From the NCBI RefSeq assembly GCF_006345805.1, contig NC_043007.1, positions 47,802,001 to 47,866,000 of the forward strand: 64,000 nucleotides of DNA, read 5' to 3'. Position numbers and translations under genes: made by a program. The notes under the pieces are model-generated. The model saw only the letters and a program-made list of their open reading frames with translations, made no database searches and was not told where the DNA came from. Source of the DNA: Octopus sinensis (lineage: Eukaryota). Below, one piece after another: positions 35,771-49,235 of this stretch (positions are counted from its first letter, which is position 1; each line of letters starts with the position of its first letter).

Positions 35771-36289
35771 AGAATTTACCATATAAAAGTGACATTTGAA
35801 AAAAAAATCGCGTTTCTTTTGTTATACGTATACATGTTTCAACATTCTCGGTAATGTCTAAAGATAAATTTCGCTTCATCAAATGTAGACCCATGTATGG
35901 AGCATGACATAACTTTGAAAACAGTTTTTCGATATAATTTGAAGTAAATGAAACAGCAAAAATAAAAACACAAGTTTCTATAAATAAAAGTATCAAACTT
36001 GAGCAACTTTCGCGAATTTCAATGTAAACAGTTTTAAATGTCATGATGATGACAGAAATGTCATTCATACTACTAAATGTTAATAAGCAACACATTTTTG
36101 CGCTCCTTGTGGAATTTGCACACTGTACTTTGATTTAGTGTGAATATCATTGCAAACCAGGTGAGACATGTTTTGTTGAACTTTTAACTACTTGTTATGA
36201 ATATTGGTAGTTTGAAAGCGCCTTTAATGTATTAATTGCGAGATCACATGGGTCAAGGTCACTTTTTGTCAAGTATGGTCAAAGAACTG

Positions 36290-36980
36290 AAGAAAGAACG
36301 TCATGGTATGTATGCTCTTTATGGAACTTTGCTACCACAAATCTGCATTTGTTTACTTTATAATTGTTGGCAATTCTGAGAATGCTTTCCCCAGGTGACA
36401 ACTGTAAGTTCTCTGATGGCTGACAAGGCCTGCATGACTCAAGCATTTCCTTCCACAAATCACACACATAAAAAGTAACACTCCCTCATTTTCTACAGGT
36501 TTATTCTTTCTAAACCTTCTCTTGATCTTCTCGGGCTTCATTCGCTCTCTTTCAAACAACTACTGCGCACGCCTTTCCTCCATCCATTTCGGTCTTGTGC
36601 ATCTCTCTCCCAATCAATAACTGAAACTCCTGTCTGTGTCATAGCTATTCTGAGGCAGTGCTTGAACCTCATATTGGGTTTATGAGCTGGTCCCCTACCA
36701 TCTTCCAGCTTACCATACAAAAGTTGCTTAGGAAGTCTTTCATCATTCATTCTCACCAGATGACCACTCCACCTCAAACGACTTTGCAGAATCATCGATT
36801 CTACACGCCTACTATCATTTCTCTCAAGTACCTCCACATCACTGATTGCTGTTTTCTAATTTATCCTATGAATTTTCCAAAGACAATATTGAGGATGTCG
36901 TTCCAAATGCCATAAATGCCTACGATAAACAACCTACGTCTCACTTCCATAGAACATCGAGGTCACAACACATGTGCTAT
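36290..36980 (-). mobile_element. RTE-clade (BovB-like) LINE 3' fragment
   Basis: SRLRWSGHLVRMNDERLPKQLLYG, DWE..AQDR..WR, and C-terminal C2H2 CVICGRKCLSHAGLVSHQRT. Confidence 0.85.
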
Positions 36981-37000
36981 TAACCCTAACTTTAATGTGT

Positions 37001-37031
<31 letters not shown>

Positions 37032-37554
37032 GAAAGAAGGGGTGTATTTCCACGTAGGAAAAATATAGGAAAATTTGTTTTTGAAGATCCACCTGAATTT
37101 GTAAAAACTTGCAATTGTTTTTAAATAAATTTATTTACATACAAGCCAAACCAGTTTCAACAATTTTTTGCTTATCAATGATATAAACGTATAGGATTTT
37201 AAAAAATTAAACTGTGAACTAGAAAACATGTTTAACTGATTAAATGTTCACAAAATTCGATAATATCAAAACGAACGGCGAAGAATATTAAACACGTGAA
37301 TCAACATGTCTAAATGATTAAATGTAAAAACATTTCAATAAGATCAAAAATGATCGGGGAAAAATATAAAAAATGTGGATCACCAAAAGTTCGATCATAC
37401 TGAGTTAAGACAGAAAAATAAAAAAAAGTAGACAGTAAAAAAAAAGTGTTCTGGAATCTGTATTTATAATTATTTTCCGTGAATGGATCTAATTATTAAT
37501 TCGTTATAATTCTGATGATGTCTTATTCTTTCTGGTGGTCAAGTTTGGCGTTGG

Positions 37555-37790
37555 CTAAATGGAGGTGGGTGGCTTAGTGGTTAGAGTATTGGACTCATGA
37601 TCATAAAATTGCGGTTTCGATTCCTGGACCAAGCAATGCATTGTGTTCTTGAGCAAAACACTTCATTTCACATTGCTCAAGTCAACTCAGCAAGCAAAAA
37701 CAAGTTTCTTGCAACCGACCAGCATCCAATCCAAAGGGGAAATATACACATCACAGAATCTGGGAAACCAGCCATATGAGTCTATTGACA
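37555..37790 (+). mobile_element. tRNA-derived SINE fragment
   Basis: GTGGCTTAGTGGTTAGAG A-box and GGTTTCGATTCC B-box, followed by TGTGTTCTTGAGCAAAACACTTCATTTCAC. Confidence 0.7.
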
Positions 37791-37886
37791 AGTGAAGGAG
37801 CTTTATTCATTATTAAACCTGCAATCATGGAACATGTGTATATATTTCTCCTATGGATCGGATGTATGTATGTATACACACACACA

Positions 37887-37926
<40 letters not shown>

Positions 37927-38539
37927 ACACAGAAAGAGAGAAAGAAGAGAGAGAGAGAGAGAGAGAGAGTGAGACAGGTAGACAGATAGATATGTATATA
38001 CACTAGCTGGATCGTAGACTTAACTTAGAAAGCTGGAAGGCATATATCAACGTAGCCTCTGAGCAGAATTTAAACTGAAGTTATAATCAGAGTTAAGAAA
38101 ATGGCAGACAAATCGTAATTGATTAACAGGATTAACAGAATGTCGAATTACAAATAGACCTCCTCGACCCAGAAGGAATAACGAAACATTTTCCTTTAAA
38201 TACAATGAAGAGAGTTATTTCACAAGGGAGAGAATTTCATATATTCATAAATATAACAGAGGGGACAGGAGAAGATAGTTGCCACTGTTTACAATTGTTA
38301 ATTCTCTTATCAAATTATGCTGTTGAGGGTAAATATAAAAAGGCTAAATGATTATATTTAAACCATTTAAATCGGTTTGTAAATATCATTGTCATTATTA
38401 GTGAGCTAATGATTATATATGATAAAGGATCTAATTGATGGTTTAAGCAGAAGAGGTATTCATGCTCAGCAACTGCAATCCAAATTTCAGGGAGTGTTAT
38501 AAGATGTTAAATAATTCCAGCAATGAAAAGGTGTGATAA

Positions 38540-39290
38540 GCCTTTCTACTATAGGCACAAAGGCTGAAATTCGGCGGGAAGGGGCTGGTCGATTACATCG
38601 ACCCCAATACTCGACAATCATGAAGGGCATAGCCGGTCACGGCGGAATTTGAACTCAGAACGTATAAACGTACGAAATGCCGCTAAGCATTTTGCCCGAC
38701 GTACTAACGATTCTACCAGCTCGCCACCGTAGATAAGGTGTAATAATCCTTTCTACTAAAGGCAGAAGGCCTGACATTTTGGGGAGGGGACAAGTCGATT
38801 CTATCGACCCCAGTGCGTAAGGTCCGAAAAGATCAACGGCGACCTCGACGGAATATGAACTCAGAATGTAAAGTCGGATGAAATGCCGCTAAGCATTTTG
38901 TCCTATGTACTAATGATTCTGTCAGCTTGCTGCCTTAGATAAGGTGTAATAATTAATATAAATCGTGATTAGAAAGCTAAATATGTCCCAATATTAAATA
39001 ACTAAAGGGACATTTAAAATGAGGAGAAAAGTTGAAAGAAATGAAGTTTAAGTAGGGAAGATAATGATTTCACATTTTGGCAAGAAGTTAACAATTTTAA
39101 GGGGAGGTGGTTAAGTCAGTGGAATTGACCCCAGAGTTAGACTAGTTCTTATTTAATCGACCCCTTAGAGAAAGAAGGCAGAATAAACTTCGGCAGAAAA
39201 TTTAAACACAGAACGTGATGAGCCAGAAGAAAAGCCACTAAGCATTTTGTCTAATGTGCTAACGATTCTGCTCACTCACCACCTTAAAAT
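38540..39290 (-). mobile_element. Three diverged head-to-tail SINE family A-like copies
   Basis: Repeated GTCGATT..ATCGACCCC and GGAATTTGAACTCAGAACGT...GCTAAGCATTTTG...GTACTAACGATTCT blocks. Confidence 0.75.
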
Positions 39291-39959
39291 ATGGAAGATA
39301 GAGATGTAATAATAGGTAAATAATGTGAGATAAGAAAGACCATAAAATTACTAGTGTACTAGGGGGTTATCTGGCACCTAACCTGAGCTTTGATGTGCAG
39401 ACGACCTCCACGGGACAAAATTTTCGACTTTTAGAATTTCGGATAAGACGTTGCATACTTGTAATTATTAATTCAGACATCACCGCATGCTTCACGCACC
39501 TATTTAGCGTAACATTTCTTCGAATTTTCTTCTGATCATCTCCTCATTCTGTAGCACACTTATACATGTTTATTAGTAAACAAAAGCACTTCTATAGATT
39601 TCATGAAAGTTTAGCGGAACTACTTCCACCAAGAGACAAAATTATTGTTTTAAGATTTTGATATAGCTCTTGCAAATAACGCTATAGAATATAATTCAAT
39701 AAAACAACTGTAGAATCATCAAATATGTGCCAAAGGGCAAATATCAATTAAACGGTTCTAATTGAGATTAATAACTAAACTGATAAAACCTAATTGAGAT
39801 CTAACATATTTAATGTAATGAACACAGAAGTGTCAGCAATTAAAATTATCCTTGCAATGAGAAGTGGGAAACTGCTTTAATTATTAATGTTAATCAAATC
39901 TGTAATTCTGATAAATGAAAAATGCAGTAAGTGCACTAATATTAGTTTCAAATTTTTGG

Positions 39960-40330
39960 AACAAGGCCAGCAGTTTCGTGGAGGTGGTGGTGGTAGTGGT
40001 GGGGTAGCTAGTCGATTACATCGACCCCAGTGCTTGACTTGACGCTTATTTTATCGACCCCGAAAGGATAAAAGACAGGATGACCTCGGACGAAATACCT
40101 ATTTCTTTATTACCCACAAAGGCTAAACATAGAGGGGACAAACAAGGACAGACATAGGTATTAAGTCGATTACATCCAACCCAGTGCGTAACTGGTACTT
40201 AATTTATCAACCCTGAAAGGATCAAAGGTAAAGTCGATTTCGGCGGAATTTGAACTCACAACGTAACGGCAGCCAAAATACCATTAAGCATTTTTCCCGA
40301 CGTGCTAATGATTGTACAAGCTCACCACCA
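39960..40330 (-). mobile_element. SINE family A dimer
   Basis: Junction CGAAATACCTATTTCTTTATTACCCAC at ~40091 joins two copies. Confidence 0.8.
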
Positions 40331-41784
40331 TCGCAAGAGCACTACTATTAACTGAAAACAAGCAATAAAATACAAAACTAGGATATTAACAATGTGAACA
40401 ACATTAATATCGGTCATAACTACATCACACCACACACATTTGAAATGACTAATCACGACCCATTCACTATTACTCACCCTTTCTCAATAAAAAACGCTGC
40501 CCTCTCTTTCTTACAAACAACAGCCTTCTCTAAAAAAATAACAATATCTCTCAACAAAGATATCCACCTCCTCTGTTTCTGTACCGGTTTGCGACAAAAA
40601 GCTATTAAACAAACAATGGATCAACAAACAACAATGCAATTGTGCCTGTCTGACATGTCAATCATATCATTGACATAAATATCACTATAGGTAAATGAAT
40701 CTACATTAGAGTAATGGAACGTACTCAGGGGCACACACTACAGGAAAATCAAATAATAAATTATATTCAATGTAGTTGTCCCGTGTAACCTCCACCTAAC
40801 CCTATCCATCTTAAATACCTCTCCTCCCTATATTGGCCTTGCAGTAACTATCATACCCAATCTTTCATTTCATAATAACACTCCTCTGGAATATTCTCTT
40901 ACTCCACGACTTGCAACTGTTTAAGATGAACAACAACTGCATAGATCTCACCGGTCTCCAGACGTCTGTGAATACTTTTTGCGCATCTCCTTCCTCTAGA
41001 CTAAATTATAGCACAGAAGCGTTACAATAATGGTTTCAAGTAATATACCTACTCCACAATAAGAAGCGCAATGATTTATTAAATACCTTTTGAAAATTAG
41101 TCAGTAAAAGACACTCAAAGAAGATAGAAGATCGAAACATGAAATAAGAATCTTTCACTCTGTTCATGATTTGTTCTCTTCCTGCAGTTCGATACCAGAA
41201 ATGAAATAGATCCCGAAAACGACTGAAACATACACCTAAGATAACTAAGTCTCGAAAGAATTATTTCATTCATCACTATTTTCCACGATCCTACCAACAC
41301 ATTTTCAAGTTCTACAGAGAGAAATAATAATTATAAAACTTTGAAAAGACTTAACTGAAACAACATCATGGATCTACACCCTCCTAGAAATTCAAGTTCA
41401 TTTCTTCCTTTGCAAATCTGAACCATCACTTTCAATCACCATTCTGCTCAAGCAATGCATAGATTACGATTCCAACAAAAACTTAAAATACTCTATACTA
41501 GTTATCATTGAATACAATCGTCACCAACAAAACATCCGACTTTATTCCTCACAATTCGCCCAAACACAAAACTAAGCACCAACCTTGAAAAACAACACAA
41601 AACACCAAACATCCACAGAGTAAAATGGCATCTAGAATTTTCAGAGTCCTATATAGAGAACCTATTACTCACCCACTAAGTACCTTTCATTTATTCAGTT
41701 TCTTACGGCTACTTGATCTCAGATGATCTATTTTACATCCTTGACACACGTTGGATATATAATTTAACGATTCGAAGGTAAAGT

Positions 41785-41939
41785 CAGTGTGTTCACACGA
41801 CGTACTTCGTGAGACCCCAAAACGAACTTTCAACGACTCCTACCGAACTGTCATCTCAACCAATACGCTACTCTTTATTAGAGTTCGGCTAGTCCATTCT
41901 TCCAGTCCCCCAGGGGTGTCAATGACTCTCGTTACAACA
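41785..41939 (-). repeat. 3' LTR remnant, preceded by a polypurine tract
   Basis: Minus strand AAAGGGGGAAA (41940-41950) then TGTTGTAACGAGAGTCA; shares AAAGAGTAGCGTATTGGTTGA with the 5' LTR. Distal end not found. Confidence 0.75.
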
Positions 41940-44900
41940 TTTCCCCCTTTGAGATTGAGTTTCGTTGGAAGTTGATATTCTTATTTTTGTTTACTTTTCT
42001 TTCATCACATCTCCCCGTTTGAGATTTTTCCTCTAGGAAAGTTTAATATTTCTTCTGTCTAGGCATTACTTCCAACCTTCGTGTTTGTTTTCTCTTTCTT
42101 ATGCTGCTACGACTAGGTTCGATTTCTTGTGGCGTTTGAGCATCAAAAGTGTCGTATCACAATTCCAAGGGTATCTCTTTTCTTTTTTTCTGTTTAGATT
42201 TGGTGTTATCCTACAAACCCCCAAGAATTGTGTCATCGATTAGCTCGTTTCTTGATTTCTTTTAATGCTCTTTTAAATGTATCCATAAACCTTTCTGCTT
42301 GTCCGTTTGATCTTGGTTGATACGGTGTAGTAGTAATATGTTCAACTGAGTACATCTTGCAAAAATTCTTAAATTTGTGATATCCGGGACACTATACCTA
42401 GCAAAAAGTTCGTGCAGAAATTCCACTCTTACCGTGGATGTCAGTTTTTGTAGTCTGGGCCTTGGACAATCGGTCTTGGGCCAAGGTTGAAATTTTATAG
42501 GTGGTGATTTCGCTGTAAGAGCACAACCTCTGCAGGATTTTACCAACTTCTCAATCTCTAGATCCCTTTTTGGCCAGTAAACTTAACTCTTCATAAGCGA
42601 CTTCATCTTAGAAATTCCTGGATGTCCAGTGTGAAATTGCTTTAAAATTCGACCTTGTAGTGAGGTAGGCATTACGACCCTCTGTGCTTACATAAGCACA
42701 TTATCACATATTGAATGCAAATTCGAAACTGTTTCATCCAACCATTCGTATTTTTATTTGTTTCTTCTGATCTCTATTTTTTTTTCATTTTTATGATAAA
42801 CTCATCCGTCCCTACCTTAATTTTTATTTCCTCTAATGTCAAAGGAAATTCAATCACAACAATGTGCAATTAATTTTTTTATTTCATTTCCAGCTTTTAG
42901 TGCCGCTATCACTGTGTCTTCTAATGGTTCTCTGTATTCTGGTATTAACCTCGACAAACCATCTGCATGTCCCAATTTTTTCGATGGCAAATACTTCATC
43001 TTGAAGTCGTAATTCAGTAGGATCGTTCCCCAGCACTGCAATTTGTTGGCTGTAGGTGTGAGGATACCCTTTTTTCATCCATAGATCCACAATAATGGGC
43101 GGTGGTCGGTCTGCAGACGGAACGTTTTGCCATGTATAAATTTATGGAATTTTTTTTACCGAAAATATGGCTAATGCTTCTTTTTCTATTTGACAGTAAC
43201 TTTTCTCAACCGGCAATAATGAACGCGAAGCATGAGCTACGGCTTTCAGGCTACCATCTTCATATTTGTGTAAGAACACAGCTCCAGTACTACTTTCACT
43301 AGCATCTGCTGCCACTACTATTTCTAAATTCGGGTCAAAATATGATAACGACAATTCCATCGTTAAGAAGTTTAAATTTCTTCAAAAGCTTTTTGGTATT
43401 TATCCGAGCAGTTCCACTTAACGTCTTTTTTTAACAAGTTATTCAGGGATGCTCTTAAATCGGGCATATTCGGTATATATAGCTGGTAGTAATTTGCGAG
43501 AGCCCCCAAAATGTTTGTAACGTTTTAATGTTTGTTAGGGGCGACATAGTTTTTATTGCACTCGCCCTAGACGGGTCTGATCTGCGTTCATTTTCATCAA
43601 TAATCTGCCTCAGATATTTATTCTTGGCATGAAAACTTCACACTTCTCCTCACTGAGCTTAAACCCATAATCCTTTATTATTTCGAAGACGTTTTTAACA
43701 TGCTCATCATGCTGACCCCGAGATTCACATTTTATGAGTATGTCGTCAAGGTAAGCTACAGCGAAATCCGAATCTGCGAGCATAATGTCCATAACTTGTT
43801 GGACATTATACAAAAAGGGAGTCAATTAAATTTATACAGCCCTTTATGTGAATTTATTGTCAATAATTTTGAACATTCTTCATCGACATTTACCTGCAAA
43901 TTTGCTTCAGATAGGTCCAAATTTGAAAAAAAATTCCTCCATTCAACTTTGCGAAAATTTCCTCCGGATTTGGCAATGGGTAAATTATATGGCATCAGAC
44001 ATTCGTTTATTCCCATTGAAAAATCAGCGCATACTCGGATTTTTTTCTTGACCTAAACTTTTAGGGACGGCCATTTTGTGTAATTAATTTTTTCAATAAC
44101 GCCAAGCTTTTCAACTCTATCCAATTCTTCGTTGACTTGTTTCAACGCTGCGAAAGGTACCATTCTTTTTGGTTTAAATACCGGTATAGCGTTTTCTTTC
44201 ACTTGAAACTTCGCATCTGTTTTGGTACAAAGACCCAATTCATCAGAAAAAACTTCGGGGAAATTTTTTTAAATTCCTTTTTTAAATCCTCTGACGCCTT
44301 ATTTGTACTGGAAGAATCATTCACATTTTTCCAAACAATATTTATGGGGAGGTCCCAAAAGTTAAATAGATCCATCCAGTCTATTCCAAATAAATTTGTC
44401 ATATTTTTCAACACAAGAACTTTGGCTTTTAAGGTTTTTCGTCCATAAAATGCAATATTTTCCTGAAACACCTCGCGCAGTTTTCGAAGTTTCCTTTAAT
44501 TTAAGTTTCCCTATTTTTCTCCATGTATCTGCATTAATTATCGTGATATCACTGCCCGCATCCAATTGTAACTTGATATTCACATTATTCATTTTTATGG
44601 ACACAAATTTTCTTTTCTGAGCCTCACTTAGAATTTTTGTTAACAATACATTCTTTCTAGAATTTTTCAGGTTTGATCCTTTTTTTGTTTCGTTATACAA
44701 TATGAGCTTTTATGTCCGATTTTTCCACAATCAAGACATTGAAGATTTTTAAAAGGACAATTACTTCTAAAATGTAAACCCCTACACTCATAGTATGGAT
44801 TTGGTGTTGACGTTCGTTTTTCTTTTTTCTTGTCCGTTTCAGATCGACACGCCTGTATCTGAGAGCAATCTTTTTCTTCAGTTTTATCGGCGTGATGTCT

Positions 44901-45632
44901 TAAATTTATAATCCTCTGGTATTCTTCAGCCACAGCCTGTAGAGTTAATTTCTGACCCTGTTCTAAATTTGTTAATATACGGGAACGTATAACATTTTTT
45001 GCAGTTAACTCTTGAACAAAAATTAGACATTTGAACAAATCCGGGTTTAATTAATTTAATTTGAATTTTTCCCACTCTCTGTTAACGATCCCAGCATAGG
45101 TGACAAAATCTTCACCAGCCAACAAATATTGAACAGGGAACTTCTTCCACTGAAAATTCTCGATAATAAATTATTTCATCGAAGCAAATCTCACTTAGTT
45201 TCTTCGGCAGAATATAATTACAGTATTTTTCGTGTTCGGCAGAGGATAACTTTTTTAAAAGTAGTCGCACCTTCTTCTCGTCATTCCAATTTTTACATTC
45301 TTCTTTGGAGATTTCTTCGTATCCTCTAAAATATGCAGAAAAAATAATACCTACAGTGTTATAAATAAATTCTCCAATTGAGTTTGCTACGCCGTCTAAC
45401 GAGGACGAACCTGAATTATATTCAGACTTCTTCAACATTACTTCCAGTAACTGTTGGTATTGTCGTTGTAACTGCCGTTGTTGTTGCTGTTGCAACTGTA
45501 CCACGCAAGCCAATAAGTCTTCCATGTTAATAATTTTTTTTTTGATTTCGTACAAAAAAAAATATTTAACGTCCGACGCAAGCTTCGAATATCTCGTCGC
45601 CACTTTTATATCCTTGATATCTCTTTGCCAGA

Positions 45633-46100
45633 TGTTGTAACGTATTGTTGCCCGACTTTTAAATAGTATTGTTCTTTGCACACAGCACTCTTGTATTTCG
45701 TTGTACTAAACGCTCTTGTTAGCACTCTTGTTTTTTGTCGTACTAAGTGCTTTTGTTAGAACTCTTGTTTTTCGTTGTACTAAGTGATTTTGTTAGCACT
45801 AAATGTACTTTAGTGCGACTTTTTAACCCCAAGAAGACATTTCCTCTAGCTAGTTAACACTGCACAGCTGTATCTGATGTATTGTGAGCAAGGGAATCAA
45901 ACCCCTACCACATTCTAGCGACGGGACCAACACACAGTAATTCGAACAACTACTATTACGGGTTCGGTGCAAGTTCAGTTCACACTAATACACCGGGTTC
46001 GGTGCGAGTTCAACGTAGAACTACCACACCGCTCTTACCGACTTCTGCCGATCTCTCGTTTCAACCAAATACGCTACTCTTTGACTCTCGCCCCACAACA
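45633..46100 (-). repeat. 5' LTR of the Gypsy element (468 bp)
   Basis: Bounded by TGTTGT...ACAACA. A degenerate PBS-like TGGCAAAGAG is adjacent, and a PBS-like TGGCGACGAG lies at 45593-45602 (minus). Confidence 0.8.
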
Positions 46101-47426
46101 GCATTAAGGACCTGTTATGCACCGTATAAATAATACGTGCAAAGGAACAGCAAGTAAGGAGTTCATCCTCACTGCGACCATTATCAGAACATACAGGGGT
46201 TCACGAGTCAACGAGAAAGCTTCTACAAAGTCATTCAACCTGCTTAAAATAGCAGTGAAATATCACTTAAACTACACTGTACCGCTTTACATATAGGAAG
46301 CATTAGATAGATTTACTGTTTGAAGTACCAAATAATTGGATGGTCACGGCTGGTGTACTTTTGATTGAAGGTCTACTCAATTAGAAGTGATCTTGGGTTA
46401 ACCTTCCCACCACAACAACTATCATCATCACCAACAATAACAAAAATGCCTACAAAAATTTGGAAAAGAGTAAATATTGGCCCAATTAACAAACATAAAC
46501 AGGTACACTACTACACTCCTACATCAAAATTTTTTTATTACATGATTATAGGATAGATTTCCATTTACTTTCTAGATTGTTCAGTTTCTTAAATACCATA
46601 CGATGCGCCTCCTGCCTTCAGTTGAATTAACAATTTTGGAGATATCAGTCTAACCTGGGTGGAACTTCTCACAGTATATTATATCAGCAGGGACATGCTT
46701 AACATTACACTAGTATGATGTTATTGATTTTAAATTTTGACATCACGATGTTTAATAATATTTGTGGTCAGGTTTGTATTGGATACTGTAACAACCTCTT
46801 TCTTGTCACGGCTTCAGTTTTGTGATTGAGACATCAAAACTATCAAAACTCACTTTAATGTGAATATAATCACGTTTTCATAAACAATAACATTGTTTCT
46901 CTAGTTTTGCAAACGATATTGTTACCAATATGTCATGGCTGGTAGGATTCTTTTATTAAACAGTAATGTCTAAACGTTTTTCAGAAGTTATGAAAGAACT
47001 AATAATGAATTAGAACATAAAGTAATGTATCTTCAGTAACATGTTTAATCAAATTTCCCTCTATTTACGATTGATTTAAGAGAATTTCGACAGCCACACC
47101 TAGCAATTACAAGTCAAGCATGAGGGTTTTTAGTACATTACTGTTGGCCTACATCCAGTAAAGTTGATGAGGCATAATTTATAATGAAGTAGTGAATTCG
47201 TAATAACAACAATAACAAGGGTTCCTTTTAAGAGTGTAATACCACAAATTAATAGGTGTGAGGTTAGTTGGTCTTTGTTTTTCTTTTTTCTTTTGCTTCA
47301 GAATCTATAGATATTGTATATTGTCATTCTCTGATGTAAGACAAGTCAACGTCGGGAAAATGTGAACTCAGATATAGTAAATGCTAGATTATTTAGCATT
47401 TTGTACACTAAGTACACTGTATTTCT

Positions 47427-47477
<51 letters not shown>

Positions 47478-47539
47478 GTATTAGTATTATTATTATTATT
47501 ATTAGTAGTAGTAGTAGTAGTATTAATGATCTCAAATAT

Positions 47540-47930
47540 TGGTACAAGACGACAAAATTTAGTGGGAAAAGGTTAATCGATTACATCGAACCTAGAACTC
47601 AGTTGACTTTTTTTATCGACCCCGAAAAATATCAAAGGCAAATCAACCCCGGTGAAATATAAACTCAGCACGTAAGGAGCCTGGTGAAATGCCGCGCTCG
47701 GCATTTTGAATAATATTCCTTTCTACTATAGGCGTACTGCCTGACAATTTCTGTAAGTGAGCTAATCGATTACATCGACCTCAGTGTTCAACTGGTACTT
47801 ATTTTATTGACACCCGAAACGATGAAAGGCAAAGACTGCTTCAGCAGAACTGGAACACAGAACATAAGGACGGACAAAATGGTGCTAAGCATTTTGCTCG
47901 GCGTACTAACTATTCTGCCAGCTCACTACC
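47540..47930 (-). mobile_element. Two diverged SINE family A-like copies
   Basis: TAATCGATTACATCGA(A/C)C, TTTATCGACCCCGAAA and GCTAAGCATTTTGCTCGGCGTACTAAC blocks. Confidence 0.7.
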
Positions 47931-48084
47931 TTAATAATTGTAAACAAAGACAAAGTGAGAGTTGTGTGAGGAAATGCTCTGATATGTATGAAGTTGGGGA
48001 GGACTAGAGGAAAAGGGAAGGTTAGGGGATTATAATGATGAGGATGATGATGATCATCATATAATAATGATAGTAGTAGTAGTA

Positions 48085-48139
<55 letters not shown>

Positions 48140-48338
48140 TAATAATAATGGAATAAAAATAGAAGAGTGCCATAGTTATCATGTGAGATTGGTTGAACGA
48201 TATTTCGGCATCTAGCGTGCCTTCCACAGGTTCAAAAATTACATGTCAGTCTACTTCATTTTTTTATTAAGATTATATAGGACTGAAATAACTCCTCCAG
48301 AAGTTATACACAAATAAAAATAGTCCTATATAATCTTA

Positions 48339-49110
<772 letters not shown>

Positions 49111-49157
49111 TACTAATAATAATAATAATAGTAACAAAAATGATGATGATGATGATG

Positions 49158-49205
<48 letters not shown>

Positions 49206-49235
49206 GTAATAATAATAATAATATAATTAATAATA

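Larger units (their letters stand above)
41785..46100 (-). mobile_element. Ty3/Gypsy LTR retrotransposon (Mag-like), decayed
   Basis: Gag with tandem knuckles (..ECRGLHFRSNC, CLDCGKIGHKSSYC), protease LQLDAGSDIT, RT AYLDDILI, RNase H ADASE, and integrase N-terminus HPG...VKSCRGC; core largely deleted; many frameshifts. Confidence 0.92.
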
